This document shows, piece after piece, positions 58,030 to 64,000 of a stretch of 64,000 nt of DNA. Origin of the DNA: a virus. The position numbers and the translations under genes were made by a program. The notes beneath the pieces were generated by a model. The model ran no database searches and was not told where the DNA came from. It was given only the letters and a program-made list of their open reading frames with translations. Position 1 is the stretch's first letter, and the number at the start of each line of letters is the position of its first letter. The stretch covers positions 36,329-100,328 of IMG/VR virus record IMGVR_UViG_3300032236_000862, one strand, 5' to 3'.

Positions 58030-58643
58030 ACTGGGTATTCAGGATCCCCCGCAACAAACATAACCCACACCAGCTGACCCACTTCAGGTACAGAACGGTG
58101 GAAGGTATGCTCAGGGCTGTTTGGGCTAGGTGCTGTGCCGGCTACGGTGCCCGGTGCAGATATCCCACTAGCAGAAGTATAGGTACTTATTTCTTTAGCG
58201 TCCGTAGAACTAGCGTTAGAGTATGGAGATGATGAAACTACGCTAGTGCTTGCTTTGTACATTGGGTGGGTAGTTTGATGGGCATGGTTAAGCTGTTTGG
58301 TAGAATCTTTTGCAACTACCGTAAGAGCTGGAATGCTGACCGTTACCGTACCGCCTTGAGGATCCGAGCCTGATGCACTAGATGTGGAGGTTGTAAGAAG
58401 TGCTGCAATCTGGCTAGCTGTATGCGGGTTATGGTCCGGGTGATATGAGTTATCAGTAATAGGAAGACATGCCAAAGCCCAGTTAGTTACTTCCCCGCCG
58501 GTTGGTTGTGGGATTTGAACTTGAATTCGGTTTCTTCCGGTAGGGTCTTGGTTATTAATTACCTTGGCAGAGTAGATACCGTAAAACCGTGTCCTACCCA
58601 TGAAATCCATACCATAGTCTGTCTCGTTTGGTAGCGCCATCAC
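58008..58643 (-). CDS. gp5/gpV-like baseplate spike (OB fold)
   Basis: YGIY.AKV..N.DP...RIQV.IP...WA; VPEVG..VWV.F..GDP.YPVW.G. Confidence 0.85.
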   Translation of the reverse strand: MMALPNETDYGMDFMGRTRFYGIYSAKVINNQDPTGRNRIQVQIPQPTGGEVTNWALACLPITDNSYHPDHNPHTASQIAALLTTSTSSASGSDPQGGTVTVSIPALTVVAKDSTKQLNHAHQTTHPMYKASTSVVSSSPYSNASSTDAKEISTYTSASGISAPGTVAGTAPSPNSPEHTFHRSVPEVGQLVWVMFVAGDPEYPVWIGVQS

Positions 58644-59257
58644 TTCACAACCTTACTGTTAGTTTTAGACGACCATTGTACCGTCCTTTTAACATTGCTG
58701 TTATTCGGTGCCCTTGTAGCGTTAGGGCTTACCCCTGCAACAGCGGGGACTGCGGTAGGCGACTGAGAAACTACAGCGCTGTTTGGTACGGCTGTTGTTT
58801 GAGGACTCAAAGAGTTTAAGTTAGGACTGGTGTTGTATTGGGACAATGCCGCCCCTGAGGAACTCAAAGATTGTCCAGATAGGTCGCCTTGGATATCCCG
58901 TTGCTGAGCCCTTGTTGCCGCATCAGGGTCTACTTCCCCAATAACATCCGTACCTACTTCTATCTCCATAATGTAGTTAGCCGTAGTTCCACCAAAACGA
59001 TGTGTAATAGATAACACAGTCCAGTATCCGGACATGTTATTAGGAAGGCCATCTAAGTAAATAGGGTCAAAAAGTTTTAATGTAGGATCGGGAAAGAGAG
59101 TCACAATAGCCCTGTGTTGATACCTATGGTTCTCAGCAAAGTTGGCTGCAATTGTTTTAGACTCTGTTAAGCTAGTAGCTACCTCGTGTACATGGTGTTT
59201 TTTAAATACAGATGTAGGGGCGCTCTTAGGGCTATTGTTAGAGAAGTTACTGGTCAT
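58640..59257 (-). CDS. Baseplate hub, C-terminal part
   Basis: DP.L....IYLDG....SGYWTV.SITH.F. Confidence 0.7.
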   Translation of the reverse strand: MTSNFSNNSPKSAPTSVFKKHHVHEVATSLTESKTIAANFAENHRYQHRAIVTLFPDPTLKLFDPIYLDGLPNNMSGYWTVLSITHRFGGTTANYIMEIEVGTDVIGEVDPDAATRAQQRDIQGDLSGQSLSSSGAALSQYNTSPNLNSLSPQTTAVPNSAVVSQSPTAVPAVAGVSPNATRAPNNSNVKRTVQWSSKTNSKVVK

Positions 59258-60141
59258 GGCGCACCTGTAGGAGAACCAAAAGACGGCGAATTAAAGTACT
59301 GCGGATTAGGGATGACCACGCCAGACGTACTTGTCTTAGGGGCTTTGTATTTGTGCGTACTATTCAATATCGCATTTGTTTGATGGTTTGTTCCAGCAAT
59401 AACACGATCTACCCTAACACCTGCTTCGGGAGCTTGGTCTGAGATAATAGGGTGGAATGACAAGATGTCCCCAAGAACTTTTCTTTCTCTAGGGATTGCT
59501 CCAGCATTTTCATCATTAAGATACTTAAAGTAAGGGGCAGAGTTCTTCTTGCTCTGATAGATCTTATCCTTAGATACAAAGTAGATAGTTGTATTTTCAG
59601 ATAACAAAGTAAAGCCGGTCTGCTTTGCTAGGCGGCGAAGCAGTTGCCAAAAGCTTTCTCCCGAATGTACGATGGCAGAACGTTGACGTGGGTGACGCTG
59701 GGTTACAGCTTCAAATCCAAAACGTTGGCACACCTGTGTTACAACTTGGTCGGCTGTTACATTCTTGTATACCTTTTGGTCCGTATCTTTTAACACCCAG
59801 GTAGCTCCTACACATACCATGTCTGTATTTCCACCTTGGTACGTATTTGTTTGGTCTATGTGGTTTACATACCCGTTCCATGTAGTCTTCTTCTTACCGG
59901 AAACAATGGTAAAGATAACTGGATCTCCTGAGACAATAGCCGCTCTTTTTAGGAAGGGGTTTCCTTTAAAGTGCAGCACTAAACGGTCATGCTGTTCTAT
60001 GCCTTGATGAAGTTCAGCTCCCAATAAAAATAGGTCCATGTCAGGGGCTTTTGGAAAAGACACAGTGAAAGAAGCCTTGTAGCTTTCAGCTCTCCATACA
60101 AAAGACTGAAGCGCAGGTGAGCTAGAGTAATCAGTTGCCAT
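59254..60141 (-). CDS. Baseplate hub (gpD/gp27-like), N-terminal part
   Basis: GYV, Y.N.TA..VV, ESFWQLLRRLA..TG. Confidence 0.8.
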   Translation of the reverse strand: MATDYSSSPALQSFVWRAESYKASFTVSFPKAPDMDLFLLGAELHQGIEQHDRLVLHFKGNPFLKRAAIVSGDPVIFTIVSGKKKTTWNGYVNHIDQTNTYQGGNTDMVCVGATWVLKDTDQKVYKNVTADQVVTQVCQRFGFEAVTQRHPRQRSAIVHSGESFWQLLRRLAKQTGFTLLSENTTIYFVSKDKIYQSKKNSAPYFKYLNDENAGAIPRERKVLGDILSFHPIISDQAPEAGVRVDRVIAGTNHQTNAILNSTHKYKAPKTSTSGVVIPNPQYFNSPSFGSPTGAP

Positions 60142-60412
60142 AAGGAACCCTTAGAACAGTTCCAGGAGATATATGAAATGGGTTCAATATCTCTGGATTG
60201 ATGTCCATAATTTCCCACCAAAAGTTTGCACCTAAGCCATAAGCATGCGCTAGTGCCGCTAAGCTATCTCCTTCTTTCCAGGTATAGTTAACGTAGCTAA
60301 TTGCTTGAGCACCGGGCCAGCTTCTAAATACAGAGATTTCATAGTCCCCAGTATACTTATTAGGTGTTTGGGCCAAAGGACCATCGTAATAACGTGAGAT
60401 TCTTTCTATCAT
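60131..60412 (-). CDS. LysM / tail X-like protein
   Basis: EGDSL..LA..Y....WWEI.D.NP...I.PG..LRVP. Confidence 0.9.
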   Translation of the reverse strand: MIERISRYYDGPLAQTPNKYTGDYEISVFRSWPGAQAISYVNYTWKEGDSLAALAHAYGLGANFWWEIMDINPEILNPFHISPGTVLRVPYGN

Positions 60413-62286
60413 GATGTAGCAACTCCATTAGCAGCGTCTTGAGCAGCCTTAATTTTTGCAGCAGTTGTCCCCTTTGTATGTGAACCTGTTGCCGCATCAA
60501 AGCCAAGAGCAGGTATTCTAGAGAACGTAATACTTACAACGCTTAGAATAGGCACCATTCTGGCATCAAAGATTACGTGGTTAACACTAAAGCTTGCCAT
60601 AGATCCGTAGTATCTCATATTGTCGTTAAGCCATAACCAACAAGGCACAGCCGTAGTGTAACCAAAGTCTGAGCTATCTCCGCCATAGTTTGAGTTAAAC
60701 AGTAAAGGACTAGAGTCTGGATCTCCATTAAGTACTCTATATAAGAACTCAATATCGTATTCAGTTCCTCTATACGCTAAACCTGAACGCTCTTCTGGCC
60801 TAAGCTCTCTTCCGTAAACTGCAGACTCAGAAAGATCATTAGCTGGGTTGTAGTTAAGCAAGTAACGCATATCAGGGATACGGTTAATATAGATCTCAAA
60901 GCTAACCTGGGAGTTTCCAGCAAGCAATGCTGCAGAATTTTTTGGTCCTAAGGTCCAGTCAATATTGTTAAGGCTAGAGGTTTGATACATAAAGCTTGTA
61001 GGGTTATACATAAACCTAAAGCCCCATTGATTTACGGTACCTAAAGTCTTACCCTTACCTGGGCTAACCTTGTTTAAAATTTGAGCGCCGTTACTATCTT
61101 GGAATAGTCGGCCCCTTTCAAAAGAAGTCCCAGAATCAAAAAGACCTGCTAGTGCATTAGGGTTGTTTACAGTCCAGCCATTGTTGTTAGCAACTCTTTG
61201 GGCGTACTGAGTATCTCTAGCAAACTTATGAGGAGGAGGGTTCCACCTAACATCTCCTGATGGGGGATTATAGGTAACTGCAACGTCGGTGTTTGCTCCG
61301 TTACCAGCAGGTGGTGGGGTTGTACCCCCGCCTCCACCAGGAGGTTTTGGACCAACTTGATTGTGCGGATCTGCGCAGTTTGCTTTGGTGTAGTTAAGGA
61401 ATCCTGTTACAAGTGCTTTATATTTACTACCGTCTTTGTCGGTAATAAGTCCGCCTACCTTTGTAGGCTTACCACTTACTGTGCACTCGTATTCTTGATA
61501 GACAACTGTTTTTACGCCAGCTAAGTTGTTATTTGGAGCTTTATATACTCCGTGCCATTTTTGGTTGCAGTAATCCCATACGTAGTCTCCTGGAATTGGG
61601 AAGGTATATCCCGCAGGCGTAGAGCTAATTGCATCTAAAAATGATTGAGGAACATGCGGGGTTACTGGAACCTTTTGACCTTTTGGAATAGGGGTACCTA
61701 AAACTGTAGGGTTAACGTTTAACAGCATAGATGATGAAATAGAGTAGGTGCCGCTATCGCCATTTAAACCACCGGCATTGATAGTTCCGCTTAAAGTAAA
61801 TGGGGTAGTTGAGCTGGCTACATATGCAGTAGGGCTAATAGTAAACCAGAAAGTATCCCCAACGCCTTGATGTGAGATATTAGGTCCAGCAGCAAAAGTG
61901 TTGTGGTCGGTGTTGACTTTACCCAGGGTAAATCCAGATACGCTTGTGGCATTGTGTACAGTGACATAGCTATTTGTCAACCAGTAGTATGTACCACCAA
62001 ATAGTTGATAGAATCTAATTCTATACTGGACTTGATATCCAATAGGAAGAGTAAAGGTTGTAGCAGCCGGCGCAGTTTTACTTGTAGCTTTTGTGCTAGA
62101 TTCTCTATACAAGCAATAAAATGATGGAGGTTGTTTTGCCAAATCTGTCAAGTTATTTAAAGCAGGGGTATATACGCCAGCATTAGTAGTATTGTCTGCA
62201 GTAGGTTGATCAAGATTAATATCTATATAGCTCCAGTTCATCCAAGCTTCTATAGTGTAAAAATACTGGTAGGTAGGTGTAGGCAT
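60409..62286 (-). CDS. Tail tube initiator-like protein with N-terminal extension
   Basis: FRFMYNPTS, G...S.SV.H..F...MVP; position after the tape measure. Confidence 0.65.
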   Translation of the reverse strand: MPTPTYQYFYTIEAWMNWSYIDINLDQPTADNTTNAGVYTPALNNLTDLAKQPPSFYCLYRESSTKATSKTAPAATTFTLPIGYQVQYRIRFYQLFGGTYYWLTNSYVTVHNATSVSGFTLGKVNTDHNTFAAGPNISHQGVGDTFWFTISPTAYVASSTTPFTLSGTINAGGLNGDSGTYSISSSMLLNVNPTVLGTPIPKGQKVPVTPHVPQSFLDAISSTPAGYTFPIPGDYVWDYCNQKWHGVYKAPNNNLAGVKTVVYQEYECTVSGKPTKVGGLITDKDGSKYKALVTGFLNYTKANCADPHNQVGPKPPGGGGGTTPPPAGNGANTDVAVTYNPPSGDVRWNPPPHKFARDTQYAQRVANNNGWTVNNPNALAGLFDSGTSFERGRLFQDSNGAQILNKVSPGKGKTLGTVNQWGFRFMYNPTSFMYQTSSLNNIDWTLGPKNSAALLAGNSQVSFEIYINRIPDMRYLLNYNPANDLSESAVYGRELRPEERSGLAYRGTEYDIEFLYRVLNGDPDSSPLLFNSNYGGDSSDFGYTTAVPCWLWLNDNMRYYGSMASFSVNHVIFDARMVPILSVVSITFSRIPALGFDAATGSHTKGTTAAKIKAAQDAANGVATS

Positions 62287-64000
62287 TAGAGGGCGCTCGC
62301 AATCTTATCTAGAACTCCCTTAGAAGTTAATCTCTGTGACACGGCTCTAACTAACCTTTCAGTTTCTTCAATGCTTCCTTGAGCGATATGAACATTCATA
62401 TCCAGCTTAATTGTAACATTAGACCTTGCGTTAAACGTTGCGCTACTTCCTGACGAGGAGTGCACAGATGGTGCATCCGGAGTAGTGCTAATGCCTAAAC
62501 CTTCTGGGCCTCCACCTTGTCCAATATCGTGGGCAGCAGTCTGAGCTTCTTTAAGGTACTTGACAAAAGAACCGCTTGTGTAGGTAGACCAAGGATTAAA
62601 GTTACGTCCCTTGCTACTAATCGTGTACCCCGCACCAGCGTTAAAACTTGCGTCACGTAGACGAGAGCCGTCTCTATAAGGTTCGTTATATGTTTTCCAG
62701 TTTTTAAGAGAACGAACTTGGAATAGGCCATAGCTTGGACCCCACTTATCATCCTGCAACTTTACGTCGCCCACCGCTCCAGGACGTCCACCAGACTCTG
62801 CCAAAGTAATAGCAAAGGCTGTTTGCAGAGCTTTGCCCTTAAAACCTTTAGCACTAAGTGTTCTAATAAGACTATCTTTACCACCAGGAATCATCTTATT
62901 GTCAATTTGTGGGCCAGAAATGCCGGACATAATATCTGCAGCTTTGCCTGCACCAACCTTTTTAACAAGGTCAGAGTAGGTCATTGCCTTACCATTAAGC
63001 GAGCTGCTAAGAAGAGAAGCAATATCTGTAGAAGCGTATTGTCCTAGATTAGACGTGCCGTCAGTGTTTAGGAAGTTAGCAAATCCATTTGATCCAGCAG
63101 CAGCAGCAGTATGTGTGCCAACAGACATGCCGACCGGCACAGAAGCCCTAGATGTTCCAGCACCAGTTAAGTACGGTTTTGGATCAACCCTAACACCTTT
63201 GCTGTTCATTACTTCAAGGTGAAGGTGTGAACCTGTAGAGTTTCCTGCACCTGGAGTTCCACGCTTACCGCCTGAACGTGCAATTACTTGACCTGCTTTT
63301 ACCTTTTGATTCTTTGAAACCATGATAGAAGACAGGTGAGCATAACGAGAAGAGTGGCTTCCATGATCAATAACAACATAGTTACCCCAGCCGCCACCTT
63401 GAGATACTGTGGTTACAGTACCGTCACTGATAGCATATACAGGGCTACCCTGATCTACACCAAAGTCAATACCCCTGTGATTAAGACTGATTTTAGGATC
63501 TCTTTTATGTGCTGCTGGGCGAGGACCATAAGGAGATGTAATAGGTGCGGACTTTGATACAGGCAAAACAGTTTTACTTGGGTTTAAAGTATTCTTTTTA
63601 TTTCCAGTACCTAAGTTACCAAAGTCGTGAGGACCACCGTGAGCAGCACCCACAGCAAAATCTTTAAAGACAGATGCGTCTTGAGCAGCAATTGCTGCCT
63701 CTTCAGCAACAGCGGCTGGGGTAGCCGCACCGCCTGTAACAACCTCTTCCGCAGCAACGCCTGCTTCTTCAACAGCTGTAGCGCCCAGCTTAAGAATGTC
63801 GCCAGGGTGCCTAAGAACATTCTTAACTCCACCAAACAATCTACCAAAGAATGAAGGTGCGGCTTTCTTAAGAAGTCCCTTTTCAGCAGACTTTGCTGCA
63901 GATTTTGCTACGTCCTTTTCTAATACTTTAGCTTCCTTACCAAACATCTTTTCTATGGACTTCATAAGCAGCTTATTATTTACGGCATTTACGCCTCCAC
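62286..64000 (-). CDS. Tape measure protein, C-terminal part (partial), with M23 peptidase and lytic transglycosylase-like domains
   Basis: Frame open to the window end; HRGIDF, YAHL, HLHLE; AESGG, SYGLFQV, PWSTY. Confidence 0.85.
   Translation of the reverse strand, partial: GGVNAVNNKLLMKSIEKMFGKEAKVLEKDVAKSAAKSAEKGLLKKAAPSFFGRLFGGVKNVLRHPGDILKLGATAVEEAGVAAEEVVTGGAATPAAVAEEAAIAAQDASVFKDFAVGAAHGGPHDFGNLGTGNKKNTLNPSKTVLPVSKSAPITSPYGPRPAAHKRDPKISLNHRGIDFGVDQGSPVYAISDGTVTTVSQGGGWGNYVVIDHGSHSSRYAHLSSIMVSKNQKVKAGQVIARSGGKRGTPGAGNSTGSHLHLEVMNSKGVRVDPKPYLTGAGTSRASVPVGMSVGTHTAAAAGSNGFANFLNTDGTSNLGQYASTDIASLLSSSLNGKAMTYSDLVKKVGAGKAADIMSGISGPQIDNKMIPGGKDSLIRTLSAKGFKGKALQTAFAITLAESGGRPGAVGDVKLQDDKWGPSYGLFQVRSLKNWKTYNEPYRDGSRLRDASFNAGAGYTISSKGRNFNPWSTYTSGSFVKYLKEAQTAAHDIGQGGGPEGLGISTTPDAPSVHSSSGSSATFNARSNVTIKLDMNVHIAQGSIEETERLVRAVSQRLTSKGVLDKIASAL

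Noticed and set aside
59240-59270. Frameshift or pseudogene in the baseplate hub
   Set aside because: A clean ATGA overlap with an upstream AGGTG suggests a natural split.
1-64000. Stop-codon reassignment
   Set aside because: Genes are full-length under the standard code and end in TAA, TAG and TGA.

Overview
This 64-kb window is part of a large tailed dsDNA phage with a contractile-tail baseplate module. It very likely infects Actinobacteria: it has three WhiB genes, an MSMEG_6728-like gene, DUF4192-like genes, leaderless promoters and AGAAAGGAGG-type RBSs. The visibly moderate GC content suggests a low-GC, possibly freshwater, host (inference). Almost all genes are on the - strand. From right to left these are a tape-measure/baseplate module (52.5-64 kb); replication and recombination genes (36-52 kb: initiator, DnaC-like loader, DnaB, primase, dNMP kinase, SNF2 helicase, PolA, RecA, Cas4-like nuclease, resolvases, SpoVS); lysis genes (32-34 kb); hypotheticals; a nucleotidyltransferase/HAD-like/TGT-like cluster next to a class II RNR (22-27 kb); and Hsp20, proteasome-beta, KTSC and a >1,100-aa ORF (1-8.5 kb). 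One + strand block (8.9-21.7 kb) of small early-type genes is the most unusual part. It carries 10 exact copies of an asymmetric 11-mer, CAACACAAACA, about every kb; one copy sits inside a near-consensus sigma70 promoter. The block also holds many structured intergenic RNA candidates: an anticodon-less tRNA-like element, two covarying pseudoknots flanking tRNA-Arg(CCU), and long stems. All protein calls come from motif recognition by eye; no searches or folding programs were run.
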